64,000 nucleotides of DNA from Bdellovibrionales bacterium. Lineage in GTDB: Bacteria > Bdellovibrionota > Bdellovibrionia > Bdellovibrionales > CAYMLA01. A program made the position numbers and the translations under genes. Below the pieces are notes generated by a model, which did no database searches, had not been told where the DNA came from, and was given only the letters and a program-made list of their open reading frames with translations. The stretch's first letter is position 1; each line of letters begins with the position of its first letter. Below are positions 49,914 through 62,955 of the stretch, piece by piece. The stretch is from the NCBI GenBank assembly GCA_965217115.1, contig OZ244239.1:512001-576000 (forward strand), read 5' to 3'.

Positions 49914-50623
49914 TGAAAATCTCCCTTAACTCCAATCTCTTGCAAGGCTCGCCTATCGCGCTGACAGCTTTCACATTTTCCACACCATTTATGACCGTTA
50001 TGATAACAAGGCCACATTTGAGAAAAATCCACATTCAATGTCTTACCCAAACGAGCAATCTCAGGTTTTGTCATCTCTGTTGTAAAACATTTCGTCTTCA
50101 CCTGATTCGCCGTGGAAAAAGAAAAACTCACATCAAGCGCCTGTAAATAATCCTGGCTATTATCCGGAAAAGTCTGCGCTTCCTCCAAATTAAAACCAGG
50201 GATCACATATTCAGCGCCTAAGCCCTCAGCAAAACCCGCTGCAATATTTAGAAAAATCCCATTGCGATTAGGAACCCAAACTGCTTTTGCTGTCTCTATA
50301 GAGGCTTCCTCTCCATCAATATCAACTCTATCACCCACTGGAATTTCTTGGGACAAATTAATTAAACTCGTTTCAGTAAAATCCCTAAACCAAGTCAAAT
50401 CTATCAAACGATGTTTAAGTCCCAACTGACGACAGAATTCTGCCGATGCTGTATTTTCTCCCGTAAACGCTCTTTGCCCATAATTAAAGGTCAGAGCCAG
50501 TACCACATCAAGCTCTCTGTCAGCGGCAAATAGGTTCACTGTCGAATCCAGGCCTCCTGATAAAAGAACAACCCCTTTACTTCTCTCCACTGCTGTTTTC
50601 ACCGCTGTTCTTACTGCCCTCAT
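49910..50623 (-). CDS. queC: 7-cyano-7-deazaguanine synthase
   Basis: LLSGGLDS, F.YGQR, VPNRN.IFL, FPD, CY......CGKCESC.. Confidence 0.93.
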   Translation of the reverse strand: MRAVRTAVKTAVERSKGVVLLSGGLDSTVNLFAADRELDVVLALTFNYGQRAFTGENTASAEFCRQLGLKHRLIDLTWFRDFTETSLINLSQEIPVGDRVDIDGEEASIETAKAVWVPNRNGIFLNIAAGFAEGLGAEYVIPGFNLEEAQTFPDNSQDYLQALDVSFSFSTANQVKTKCFTTEMTKPEIARLGKTLNVDFSQMWPCYHNGHKWCGKCESCQRDRRALQEIGVKGDFQ

Positions 50624-50930
50624 CCGGCGTCATTTTTTTCTCTATATTCTCCAAGACTTTCTTACCCGTGCGTTTCACAATCTCTTTGCCACCCTCCACA
50701 ATATCACCTGTCTCATCAAGCAGCCCTTGAACCTTCTGCGCTCTTTTCAAAATGCCCATGGCGATCTTCTGTAGGGTCTCATCATTCTCTAGCTTTTCAC
50801 TGAGCTTTTCACTGAGCTTCCCACTGACTTTCTCCATCTGCTTATCGAGTTTTTTCCCCAAGTCTGTCTCTTGGAATTTCTCTGTTTTTTCCTTTAAAGA
50901 TTTTTTTATCTTTTTTTTCAAATCATCCAT
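50577..50930 (-). CDS. Hypothetical charged helical protein
   Basis: Lys/Glu-rich; KLS(G/E) tetrapeptide repeat from a 12-bp tandem repeat at 50791-50826; in operon between recJ and queC. Confidence 0.55.
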   Translation of the reverse strand: MDDLKKKIKKSLKEKTEKFQETDLGKKLDKQMEKVSGKLSEKLSEKLENDETLQKIAMGILKRAQKVQGLLDETGDIVEGGKEIVKRTGKKVLENIEKKMTPDEGSKNSGENSSGEK

Positions 50931-52755
50931 GCACTGTCACCTCTTTCAATGAGCCTGAATAAGTCATATTCGACTTATTCTTTTTACGAACATCCTTTAA
51001 AAGCAGTTGCAAACTCTTTCGGCCTGCAAAATAATTCCATTGTGGCTCAGCCAAAACATCCAATTCAAGCCCTTCAACCAAACCTTTCTCAAAAATAACA
51101 TGCCCCTTATCTGGATAAAACCACAAAGTATCCAGAGAATACCCACTGCGATCTTTAATTTTTAACTTCAAATGACCACCGTTTAATTCGCGCACACTCA
51201 CCACTGTTAGCCCATTAAAACAAAAAACAGGGGTTTCAAATGCCACTCCAAATGGCCCCAAGGCTTCGTACCACTTCATAAAACGAGGAGTCAAATCACT
51301 CAAGTCCATTATTCCATCAAAATGAATCACTGCCTCTCTAGCTCCAACCTTAACACTATCAGCCAAGCTTTTGTTCAATAACTCTACAAACAAACCTTCT
51401 TGCTCTTTTTTTAAGGAAAATCCACTGGCCCCAGCATGACCTCCGAAATGCATCAAACTCTCTTTACATTTTTCCAAAATTTCAACTAGATTAAATCCTG
51501 AATTGTCATCTGGAATACGGGCACTTCCCGTGATCACTCCCTCCCCGTTGCAATTTCCAACAAAAGCAGGGACACCATATTTCTGCGATAACCTTGTCGC
51601 CACTAAGCCCACCACTCCCTTGTGATACTCCTCCGAGTAAACCCACACAAAAGAACTCAGATCTTGTTTATCAATACGGCTTAATGCATCCTGTTCAGCT
51701 TCTTTCTGTAACTTCACACGTAACTCATTTTTTTCTAAAACATCTTTGATCAGTTTTTTAGCTTCTTCATCTGTCTCTGCTAAAAAAACATCAAGAGGTA
51801 AAACACCCATTTCCATTCGACTCAAAGCATTTAATTTTGGTGAAAATCGAATGGCCACATCAGCTCCAGTCAACGCTCGACCTGATAAACCCAATTCCTT
51901 AAGAAGAATCTTTAATCCCGATCTATCCGTCTTGGCCAACTCTATAATACCATGCTTCACCAAGACACGATTCTCATCTACCAGTGGAACCATATCCGTC
52001 AGGGTTGCAATAGCAAATAAATCTAGCAACTCCTTAGGCTCAAAATGAGTCTCTAGCAATTTCAACTTCTGAAACCTATTACGCAAAGCTAGAATAAGAA
52101 AAAATGCCACCCCTGTTCCACAGAGATGACCCAAACCTGATTCACAATCAGGCCTGTTCGGATTCACCACCGCCACAGCATCAGGAAGTAAAATATCACG
52201 CCGATTTGTATCACTTGTTTTGGGCAAATGATGATCCGTCACAATCACATCAACTCCTAAAGCCTTTGCCTTAGAAACTGTTTCTATATTTGTAATTCCC
52301 ACGTCCACCGTAAGAATCAAGCTCACGCCCTCTCTCTTCAACTTCTCAACAGCATGAAAATGAAACCCATATCCCTCAGACAAACGCTTAGGTTGATAGT
52401 GTTGTAGATTTTTAAACCCTAACAGGGACAAGCCCTGTAACAGTAGAACCACTCCTGGAGTTCCATCCAAATCGAAATCTCCATAAATTCCTATTTTTTC
52501 ACCGTTTTCATAGGCCAGAAGCAATCGCGCCACCGCTTTGTCCATGTCTTTCATCAAGAACGGACTTCGCATATTCGATAACGTGGGAGAGAGCCAATTT
52601 TGAATATCAACCTCATCACAAATACCACGATTAGAGAGTATTTGGCGAATGGGGTCTGGGATTTTTAATTTAGACTTCGAAGCATTTAAGCCCGAAGAAG
52701 ACCCTTCCTTGAATTTCTGACTCTCCTCCCTAGAAATCCATGTGGTCTTCTTCAC
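50923..52755 (-). CDS. recJ: Single-stranded-DNA-specific exonuclease
   Basis: YGDFDLDG, R.SEGYG, TVDVG, TDHH, DMVPL..ENR, GGH.GA.G, GPFG. Confidence 0.95.
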   Translation of the reverse strand: MKKTTWISREESQKFKEGSSSGLNASKSKLKIPDPIRQILSNRGICDEVDIQNWLSPTLSNMRSPFLMKDMDKAVARLLLAYENGEKIGIYGDFDLDGTPGVVLLLQGLSLLGFKNLQHYQPKRLSEGYGFHFHAVEKLKREGVSLILTVDVGITNIETVSKAKALGVDVIVTDHHLPKTSDTNRRDILLPDAVAVVNPNRPDCESGLGHLCGTGVAFFLILALRNRFQKLKLLETHFEPKELLDLFAIATLTDMVPLVDENRVLVKHGIIELAKTDRSGLKILLKELGLSGRALTGADVAIRFSPKLNALSRMEMGVLPLDVFLAETDEEAKKLIKDVLEKNELRVKLQKEAEQDALSRIDKQDLSSFVWVYSEEYHKGVVGLVATRLSQKYGVPAFVGNCNGEGVITGSARIPDDNSGFNLVEILEKCKESLMHFGGHAGASGFSLKKEQEGLFVELLNKSLADSVKVGAREAVIHFDGIMDLSDLTPRFMKWYEALGPFGVAFETPVFCFNGLTVVSVRELNGGHLKLKIKDRSGYSLDTLWFYPDKGHVIFEKGLVEGLELDVLAEPQWNYFAGRKSLQLLLKDVRKKNKSNMTYSGSLKEVTVHG

Positions 52756-52760
52756 TTAAC

Positions 52761-53693
52761 TTAAGCCGCTATTTTTTTACTAGAGAATTTATCCAGCAAC
52801 ATCATCACAGGGGCGGCCACATATATTGAAGAATAGGTTCCCACGATAATACCAATACCCAAAGTAAAAGCAAAATCAGAAATCACTCCACCTGCAATAA
52901 AATACAGCGCTACCGTTGCCAACAAGGTCGTCAATGAGGTCAAAATCGTGCGCCCTAAAACGTCGTTGATCGATCGATTGACGATAACAGATAACAATGT
53001 TCCACGGAAAACACCTAAGTTCTCACGAATACGATCGTAATTAACAATAGTGTCATTCAAAGAGTAACCGATAATAGTTAAAATCGCCGCCATGATCTGC
53101 ACGTTCACCTCTTTGCCCAAGATCGAGAAAATTCCTAACGTAATAATCGAGTCGTGGAACAAACAAAGCACAGCGCCGGGAGCAAACTTATAATCAAAGC
53201 GTAAACCCACATAAATTAAAATCAGCAACAGACAATAAAAGCCTGCCAAAATACCATTCGTCTTTAACTCCTCACCAATCTGCGGGCCCACCGAATCCAC
53301 ACGACGGATATCCACACCTTGATTAGCATACTTAGATTTCAGAGACGACACGATGTCATTGATAAGGCGACTGGAAAATTCATTGGTCTCTTTATCCGTT
53401 TTACCCTTTTGGGCCTGAAAACGTAAAAGCATCTCATGACCATCGCCGAAAGACTGAATCATAACTCCAGAAGCCCCTGCACTGGCTGCCAGCTGTCGCA
53501 GGTCTTCTTGATTCACGTTCTCCTTAAATTTCACCTGAATCTCTGTTCCTCCAGCAAAATCAATTCCTAAATTAACTCCCCTAGTCCCTAAAAGAACCAA
53601 AGAAATAGCAACAAGAACTATAGACACAAAACCAAACATTCTTGACTTGCCTATAAAATCAATTTTTCCCGCACTGACTTTTGACATTCTCAA
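52761..53693 (-). CDS. secF: Protein translocase subunit SecF
   Basis: LGIDFAGGT, VGPQIG.EL, HD, IGYSLNDTIV.YDRIRE, GTYSSI. Confidence 0.96.
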   Translation of the reverse strand: MRMSKVSAGKIDFIGKSRMFGFVSIVLVAISLVLLGTRGVNLGIDFAGGTEIQVKFKENVNQEDLRQLAASAGASGVMIQSFGDGHEMLLRFQAQKGKTDKETNEFSSRLINDIVSSLKSKYANQGVDIRRVDSVGPQIGEELKTNGILAGFYCLLLILIYVGLRFDYKFAPGAVLCLFHDSIITLGIFSILGKEVNVQIMAAILTIIGYSLNDTIVNYDRIRENLGVFRGTLLSVIVNRSINDVLGRTILTSLTTLLATVALYFIAGGVISDFAFTLGIGIIVGTYSSIYVAAPVMMLLDKFSSKKIAA

Positions 53694-53703
53694 ATCTCCC
53701 TAA

Positions 53704-55395
53704 CTAAATAGATAATTTTTTAAAACCAAACTTTTCTACTAATAAATCAAACACAGCCCGTGTAAAAAAGATCGCTGTAAACATGGAAGTAATGATTCCA
53801 ATCAATAACGTCACAGCAAAACCTCTAATAGGACCCGTACCAAAATACATCAACACCACACAGACCACGGCCGTTGTAATATTAGCATCAAAAATGGCCG
53901 AAAAAGCCCGACCATAACCTTCCTTAAGGGACAGCTTTAACCCAGCCCCCTTTACCAGCTCCTCTTTAATCCTTTCAAAAATAATCACGTTGGCATCCAC
54001 CGCCATACCCACAGTCAAAATAATCCCTGCCACACCAGGAAGGGTTAACGTTGCACCCAAGCTCGCTAAAACAGCGATAACCATGACTATATTAAAAATC
54101 AATGCCACATTCGCCACTAAACCAAAGCCCTTATACCAAAAAAGCATAAAAATCAATACTAAGATGCCAGCAATCAAACCCGCCAGCTTTGCTCTATCAA
54201 TAGAATCTCTCCCCAGAGTCGGGCCGACTGTTCTCTCTTCTAACTGCTCCAAACTAGCGGGCAAAGACCCGGCTCTCAAAGCCATACTCACCGTTTTTGC
54301 TTCGTTCAACGTGTTTTGACGATTCCCACTGCCCAAAGTGATCTGTGCACTACCACCGGCGATACGACTCTTAATATTAGGAGCTGACTTTACGACATTA
54401 TCCAAAACAATAGCCATTAAACGGTTTATGTTTTTCCCCGTCAAATCTGCAAATTTCTTTCCACCGAGAACATTAAAACGCAAACTCACAATGGGAGTTC
54501 CGAATTCATCAAAGCCCACAAAGGCATCCTCTAAATCATCTCCGCCTAGATCTGTATCTGTCTCTAAAAGATAGGGGATGCGGCCTGCGGCCATCGTCTT
54601 AGCATTTGAACTCTTCTCAAAGTAAATCACAGTTCCTTTGGGTTTCTTCTTAACATCCTTATTCAAACGCTTAATATAATCAGAGTAGGAGAGTTTCTCT
54701 AAAGAGTATTTCCCTTTTTTCTCTGCCTCTGAAATCCAACCCTGCAACTCCTCTGGTGTTGCCTTGCTTGAAACAATCATAAATTCCAACCGAGCCGCTG
54801 TATTAATCAGTTTTTTTGCTCCAGCAGCATCCTCCACTCCAGGTAACTGAACCAATATACGATCAATCCCCTGAGCCGTGATACTAGGCTCTGACACTCC
54901 AAATTCATCAATCCGATTACGAATCGTCTCAATCGCTTGCTCTAACACTTTTTTATTATAATCCCTCAGATAGGTTTCATAATAGCGAACGAGCACATGT
55001 TGAGAATCTTCACTCAAAATTTGCAAAGTCGTGTTATAACTATCACCTAAGAACTTCTTCACTTGCTCCAAAGAAGCTCCACCCAAATTAATGGATAATT
55101 CTCCCGCCTTCGCCTCTGTCACATCAACACCAGCAACTATGATCTTATCTTCTTTCATATCAACGACAACAGACTTTGCTAAACGGCGGGAACTCTCTGC
55201 CACAACACTGTCCACATCCACACCCATCACTAAGTGAAGACCTCCTTGAATATCCAAGCCATAATTCAACCGATCACTAGTGAACCACCAAGATTTCTTA
55301 TCCAAATTTATAAAATTCGGCGATGACCACATTGCACTCAGAATAAACACCCCAGCTATCACTATCCATCTCATTTTTAAACTTTCAATGATCAT
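53704..55395 (-). CDS. secD: Protein translocase subunit SecD
   Basis: GLDIQGG, RIDEFGVSEP, VQLPG, LRAGSLPA, VGPTLG, GMAVDANV.IFERI. Confidence 0.96.
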   Translation of the reverse strand: MIIESLKMRWIVIAGVFILSAMWSSPNFINLDKKSWWFTSDRLNYGLDIQGGLHLVMGVDVDSVVAESSRRLAKSVVVDMKEDKIIVAGVDVTEAKAGELSINLGGASLEQVKKFLGDSYNTTLQILSEDSQHVLVRYYETYLRDYNKKVLEQAIETIRNRIDEFGVSEPSITAQGIDRILVQLPGVEDAAGAKKLINTAARLEFMIVSSKATPEELQGWISEAEKKGKYSLEKLSYSDYIKRLNKDVKKKPKGTVIYFEKSSNAKTMAAGRIPYLLETDTDLGGDDLEDAFVGFDEFGTPIVSLRFNVLGGKKFADLTGKNINRLMAIVLDNVVKSAPNIKSRIAGGSAQITLGSGNRQNTLNEAKTVSMALRAGSLPASLEQLEERTVGPTLGRDSIDRAKLAGLIAGILVLIFMLFWYKGFGLVANVALIFNIVMVIAVLASLGATLTLPGVAGIILTVGMAVDANVIIFERIKEELVKGAGLKLSLKEGYGRAFSAIFDANITTAVVCVVLMYFGTGPIRGFAVTLLIGIITSMFTAIFFTRAVFDLLVEKFGFKKLSI

Positions 55396-55748
55396 CGCTG
55401 CCCCTCTTGCGCTGTCGATGCAATTTGACTCTTTAGCATCTTAATCTTTACATCTTCTGAAATTTCTAAGGTCACATATTTTTCAGTCACCCCTTCTATT
55501 GTTCCCAAAATACCACTGGCAGTGAGAACTGAATCACCTTTTTTAATATTAGCAATAAACCCTTGGTGGGCTTTCTGACGTTTTCCCTGGGGACGAATAA
55601 TTAAGAAATAAAAAATCGCAAAAATAAATACAAATGGTAAGAACATCTCTACAATAGAGGGCTGTTGAGCAGCCTCCTCTTGAGCCCAAGCGATCGAACC
55701 GAATTGCAACACACTCCACGACAAAACACCTAACAAACTCCACGACAT
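55392..55748 (-). CDS. yajC: Preprotein translocase subunit YajC
   Basis: FYFLIIRPQ.KRQK, KKGD.V.T.SGI.G; ATG at 55748 after GGAG. Confidence 0.93.
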   Translation of the reverse strand: MSWSLLGVLSWSVLQFGSIAWAQEEAAQQPSIVEMFLPFVFIFAIFYFLIIRPQGKRQKAHQGFIANIKKGDSVLTASGILGTIEGVTEKYVTLEISEDVKIKMLKSQIASTAQEGQR

Positions 55749-55888
55749 GACGAGCTCTCCTTTTGGAAAAAAATACAACCCTAGGATTCTTATCTAATCT
55801 CAGGAAAATTCAATCATTACTTGATGTTCTATGAATAAAACAGCTTTTTGTGCCGCAGCTCACCATGGGTTTTCCCCGGTATTCACTC

Positions 55889-58011
<2,123 letters not shown>

Positions 58012-58072
58012 GGAACGTTTTATAGTAACTTCTCTCCATGATGTCCAAAGATTATAGTGAGCAGATGTTTTT

Positions 58073-59566
58073 TTACTCTATAACTCTAAAATCACGCATC
58101 ATGCCCATGGCGCCATGCTCAAGATTGTGACAATGGAAAGGGTAATAACCCGTGAAATCATCAAATCTTTTAATCACTCGAACACGCTGGCCAATCCAGA
58201 GAAGCATCGTGTCCTTCCAGCCTGTATCAATAAAGCCCTCATCAAAATCTCCAGTCCTATCTATAACCTGAAACTGAGAACCGTGAATATGAACAGGGTG
58301 AACCATTCCCATATTCCCTGTATTCTCAAATTCCCAAATCTCCATAGAACCAAGCTTAACCGTCTCTTTGTTCCGTGATTTTTTCATTTCGTAACTCAAA
58401 CCATCAATGGTCCACCCCTTGCCCCGAGACATGGAAAATTTAAAAACCTTTGGGGCTCCATAGTTCTCAGCTTGAGTGGGGTTCAAACGCTCGATATGGC
58501 TCAAGTGAGTCGGTAAGCTGTTTGATCTCTTTGGAAGGTCAGCAATTTTGAACGGGATAACTGTAAACCCTCTATTGCCGCCTTTTACAAAGGGAACACT
58601 GTCTAAACTCATCTCAGACTCTAATTGGTAACTGGAGAAATCCTTCCAGAGATCAACCCTCTCCCCTGGTGCAAGATAGGTATAATTCCTTATCAAAGGG
58701 CGCTCAAGCAAGCCCCCGTCAGTTCCAATGATCTCCAAAGGGCTTCCATCGCTCCAGCCCAATTTATATATTCTCGCATTTGAGGCATTAACAATCCGAA
58801 TTCTATGGGGGCATTTTGCAACAGAGGTTTGATATCTTGGAAAGCCGTTGAGGCAGATTTCTTTGCCCATCATCCCCATCATGCGATCATGTCGCCCTCT
58901 AGGAAGGTAAGACAATTCGTTATCCTCTGTAAACGTTCGATCTTGAAGAACAAATAATTTTTCAAACTCTCTCTCTGGTAAACCAAGCCCACTCTCTTCT
59001 TCATCATTAATAATGAGCAGTCCCGCTAAACCATGATAAATTTGATATCCCGTTCGACCATGGGGATGGGGGTGGTACCAATATGTTCCAGCTCTGTTTT
59101 TAATTTCAAACTCATAAATAAATTCATTTTTCGGTTCAATGGCGTAACTCGGGTGAGCATCTTCTCTCTCGGGCAAATGCAGTCCATGCCAATGGATAAT
59201 ACTCTTCTCAGGGAGGTGGTTCTTAAAACGAATTCTCACCTTTTGACCTCGGCGAAGCCGAATCGTCGGCCCTATAAAGCTATTTGATTCCTGACTCAAG
59301 GTCGACGTCGGGCCCTTTAAAATTTTCCCAGAAAATCGCCATGTTTTTGTTGCCTTTCCTGAGAGGATTTGTATTTTTTCTTCACTTGCAAACATTTCAA
59401 TATCAATGTCAGGTTTAAAATCAATCGATGGTGTGTCTCTTAAGACTTCCTTGATTTTTTTCTGAGCAAAATCCTCAAAACCCAATGATTGCAATGGGAG
59501 TAACGATGCGCCCGCAATGGCTGTCTTTTTTATAAATTCTCGTCTTCCGCTATCATCAGATTTCAT
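58073..59566 (-). CDS. Tat-exported multicopper oxidase (CueO-like)
   Basis: Tat motif SGRREFIK; Cu ligands HWHG, WYHPH, HPVHIHG, HCHNLEHGAMGMM; likely start MKSDD at 59566. Confidence 0.92.
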   Translation of the reverse strand: MKSDDSGRREFIKKTAIAGASLLPLQSLGFEDFAQKKIKEVLRDTPSIDFKPDIDIEMFASEEKIQILSGKATKTWRFSGKILKGPTSTLSQESNSFIGPTIRLRRGQKVRIRFKNHLPEKSIIHWHGLHLPEREDAHPSYAIEPKNEFIYEFEIKNRAGTYWYHPHPHGRTGYQIYHGLAGLLIINDEEESGLGLPEREFEKLFVLQDRTFTEDNELSYLPRGRHDRMMGMMGKEICLNGFPRYQTSVAKCPHRIRIVNASNARIYKLGWSDGSPLEIIGTDGGLLERPLIRNYTYLAPGERVDLWKDFSSYQLESEMSLDSVPFVKGGNRGFTVIPFKIADLPKRSNSLPTHLSHIERLNPTQAENYGAPKVFKFSMSRGKGWTIDGLSYEMKKSRNKETVKLGSMEIWEFENTGNMGMVHPVHIHGSQFQVIDRTGDFDEGFIDTGWKDTMLLWIGQRVRVIKRFDDFTGYYPFHCHNLEHGAMGMMRDFRVIE

Positions 59567-59745
59567 TTTAATTCCTCTTAAAAGAGCACAATCTAGCACG
59601 TAAAATCCAGAAATACCAGAGAACTCATCTCAGCATTTTAAAGGGGCTTCTTTGAGTTGACCCTCTAAGGAAAACCACGCAATAATTAACTCCATTCAAT
59701 CTTGTGACCTAACCAGAATAAATTACAAATTTAATTGAAATAATT

Positions 59746-61566
59746 ATGCAAGAAAACAAACAGGACATTTTAAAAAAAGTTTTTGGCTTTAACTCTTTTC
59801 GCCCCCTGCAGGAATCTGTCGTGGACTCTATATTGGCGAAAAAAGATGTCTTAATGATCCTACCCACGGGTGGGGGCAAGTCCCTATGCTATCAATTACC
59901 AGCTCTATTAATGGACGGTGTGGTTATAGTGGTCTCCCCTCTTTTGGCCTTAATGCAAGATCAAGTGATGTCCCTAAAAGCAAAGGGCATCAAAGCGGCC
60001 ATGATATCTTCCCTACAAGATTTAAGCGAGATTAACAAAATTAAGATAGATTTAAGAAAACAGGAGATAAAAATCCTATTTATCGCACCAGAGAGGTTAC
60101 AAAATCAGACTTTTCTGCATTTTCTCCATTCTTTAGATATCTCTTTCTTTGCCATTGACGAAGCCCATTGTGTTAGCGAATGGGGGCATGAATTCCGTTC
60201 AGACTATCGACAGCTGGGCTTGATAAAAGACACTTTCCCCAAGGTCAATGTCGCAGCCTTCACCGCCACTGCAACAAAGCCTGTGGAGAAAGACATTATT
60301 ACCCAATTAAATTTCAATGGGAAAAACATCGTGCGTGGGCCTGTCTATCGCGACAATTTATTTATCAATGTTCTGAAACGACAAAAAAATGGTTACCAAC
60401 AGCTCTTAGATTTTCTAGGAACACATGAAAATGAACAGGGGATTATTTACACATTCTCACGAAAAAACACAGAGTCCTTAACTGATTTTCTACAGAAGAA
60501 CGGTTTCAAGGCCAAAGCCTACCATGCGGGGCTTAATAAAAAGAGCCGAGTGAGGTCTTTTAAAGATTTTGTAAATGATGATATAGATATCATGGTCGCA
60601 ACCATTGCCTTCGGGATGGGGATCGACAAGAGCAACATCCGTTTCGTTGTACACATGTCTATGGCCAAAACCTTGGAGGGTTATTATCAAGAGATCGGTC
60701 GAGCTGGCCGTGATGGTCTAAAATCTGAAGTTTTACTCCTCTACTCAACTGCTGATCTCGTGCAATTAGGGAGGTTCACCAGTGAGATTGAGGATGAGAA
60801 CTACAAACAAGTCGCCTATAAAAAATTAAACCTCATGAAACAATACTCCTATCAAGAGGGCTGTCGACACCAAACCTTGAGTCAATACTTTGGCGACAAA
60901 ATGTCTGGGTGCAAAACTCAATGTGACAACTGTCTGAATCCCGACACAGAACGAACAGATATTAGTGTTTTGTCACAGAAGTTTTTATCTACAATTTATA
61001 GAGTTCAACAAAAATTTGGCCAACTCCATGTTATTGATATTTTAATTGGGGCCAAGAACCAGAAGATCTTTAACAATCGTCATGAAGAGCTCTCGGTTTA
61101 TGGAATTGGTTCAGACACGAGTAAATCCAAGTGGAGACTCATTGCCGATAGGTTGTTTGAGGTCGGTGCCTTCACTATCAACCCTGAGTTTAAAACCCTA
61201 CAACTCACGGAACTCTCTATGGAGATTATGCGCTCCAATGAAGCTGTGGACATTAAAAGCTCCCATTTAGAGGGGGTTAAACCATCTGTTGGAAGGGCAG
61301 CTCAGAGAACCAAATCCAATGCTCTTGGAACTGTGGAGCTTGAAGTTAATGAAGATGTGTTTCATCAATTAAAAACACTTAGAAAAAGTATCGCCGATAA
61401 AATTTCCATGCCCGCCTATATTGTTTTTGATAACCGAGCTTTGGCAGAAATGGCTCATTTCATGCCCGATACAAAAGAGAAGTTCTTAAACATTAGAGGC
61501 GTTGGCCAAGTGAAATTTGAAAAATACGGACAGGAGTTTTTAGACCTCCTCATAAAATTAAAATAA
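59746..61566 (+). CDS. recQ: ATP-dependent DNA helicase RecQ
   Basis: PTGGGKSLCYQ, DEAHC.SEWGH.FR, TATA, YHAG, FGMGIDK, QE.GRAGRDG, Zn/RQC and HRDC regions. Confidence 0.97.
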   Translation: MQENKQDILKKVFGFNSFRPLQESVVDSILAKKDVLMILPTGGGKSLCYQLPALLMDGVVIVVSPLLALMQDQVMSLKAKGIKAAMISSLQDLSEINKIKIDLRKQEIKILFIAPERLQNQTFLHFLHSLDISFFAIDEAHCVSEWGHEFRSDYRQLGLIKDTFPKVNVAAFTATATKPVEKDIITQLNFNGKNIVRGPVYRDNLFINVLKRQKNGYQQLLDFLGTHENEQGIIYTFSRKNTESLTDFLQKNGFKAKAYHAGLNKKSRVRSFKDFVNDDIDIMVATIAFGMGIDKSNIRFVVHMSMAKTLEGYYQEIGRAGRDGLKSEVLLLYSTADLVQLGRFTSEIEDENYKQVAYKKLNLMKQYSYQEGCRHQTLSQYFGDKMSGCKTQCDNCLNPDTERTDISVLSQKFLSTIYRVQQKFGQLHVIDILIGAKNQKIFNNRHEELSVYGIGSDTSKSKWRLIADRLFEVGAFTINPEFKTLQLTELSMEIMRSNEAVDIKSSHLEGVKPSVGRAAQRTKSNALGTVELEVNEDVFHQLKTLRKSIADKISMPAYIVFDNRALAEMAHFMPDTKEKFLNIRGVGQVKFEKYGQEFLDLLIKLK

Positions 61567-61775
61567 CCCATGTCCTTTTCCACTAAAAGAGAGGAGACAA
61601 GGGATCACAGCTAACTCCACATCAGATAGTGCTTATCCTGTAATGTTTTCATGTTCGGAAATACCTAGAACACTTTTTCTAGGGGCTTCTGGGGGATTTT
61701 CTAGATTCGTGTTACTAATATAGTAATTTAACGCGATGCGCCATTAAGGTGCCTCATAAACAGAGGAGACAAAAA

Positions 61776-62255
61776 ATGAAAACACTCTTAATAACTATTT
61801 TCTTGTTAAGTGCCGGGACAATCTTAGCAGAAGATCAAAACAGTAAAGATGACTTTAAATTGACCAAGAAAGGATTCTTGTTTTGTGAAAACGACTACTT
61901 AAAACAGAATTATCGGCTTGAAAAGCTACAGGCGAGATTATTAATCCAGTCTACTGGGAAAGACATTCTAAGAGTGTTAATCATTTGGAGAGACAAAAAT
62001 AAGATAAGCTTGGGCGATATTTTTAGGGTCAAAAGGGTTAGCAGTAAAGTTCATGTTTTAGAAAATATTACGGGAGAACAAGATCTTACTTTAGAGTTAG
62101 ACGAACTTGATGTGGAAAAAAACTACGAAGCTTCGGGAGTTTTAAAAACTCAAGGCTGGCTAGGTATTCGTGAAGAATACGGAAGTTGGCCTCTTCGCTG
62201 TACTAAAAAAGTTGATAATATTAATGTGAGCCTATTTAAAGGAAAGTATTTCTAG
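61776..62255 (+). CDS. Hypothetical secreted protein
   Basis: GAGGAG RBS, ATG at 61776, signal peptide MKTLLITIFLLSAGTILA. Confidence 0.65.
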   Translation: MKTLLITIFLLSAGTILAEDQNSKDDFKLTKKGFLFCENDYLKQNYRLEKLQARLLIQSTGKDILRVLIIWRDKNKISLGDIFRVKRVSSKVHVLENITGEQDLTLELDELDVEKNYEASGVLKTQGWLGIREEYGSWPLRCTKKVDNINVSLFKGKYF

Positions 62256-62381
62256 AGATACGGCTGTTTATCTTTACCCAAATCATGGCCGTGCTTTTTA
62301 ATTTCAAATTTTAACCCTTTTGATTTTACAAAGCACAGCCTATCTAAAAATAACTCAAGGGAATCTCCCCTACCACTGCCC

Positions 62382-62929
62382 TCACTCTGTAAGGTTTTCT
62401 TCTAGCAACCGACGAGTTTCATCTAGAATATCTCTGGCCTCTCTAGTGATTCTGTCTTAATCTTTTAAAATCAAAGAGATCTGACAACCACGGTGTCCCC
62501 AAGATCATTTTACGAATAACCACCGGTCCACGTCCCAATGTATTGTCAAAATAAATTCTTAAATCTTTCCCGTTAAAAAAATACCAATGATAAGCTAATA
62601 ATTTTTTTGATAGCAGGTCACAGACAAATCTTAGAGCTAATATTGAAAAGCCCTCAAGGGTTCCAGTATTTTCATGTAAGAACGATCTTCATCAGTTTTT
62701 TTTAGGTGGGTTGCCAAAGAAGTTAAAGTTAAAATTAAACCCAAGTCCAACTGATGTTGTCCCCATTTTCAGTCTTCAATGTTTACCCTGCCCCCTAAAG
62801 TGGTTCTTAACCTTAGACAATTGCACACGAATCACTCTCTCTGTGAGGTCGTGTCTAACCACCATTGAAGCGTTTGCATGGAATACAAGCACTTAATAAA
62901 ACACTTGTCACAGTCGCTAATTTAAAGAT
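62382..62929 (-). pseudogene. Probable decayed gene for a secreted protein
   Basis: Strong GGAGG site followed by a broken signal-peptide-like stretch (KLATVTSVLL / VLVFHANAS) with no start codon, then protein-like frames broken by stops and shifts. Confidence 0.35.
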
Positions 62930-62955
62930 ACCTCCCTTAGACTTTCGAGGTATTC

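Noticed and set aside
62600..62800. In-frame TGA codons as selenocysteine or recoding
   Set aside because: Many normal genes here end in TGA, no SECIS-like context is evident, and the region also has frameshifts; decay is the simpler explanation.
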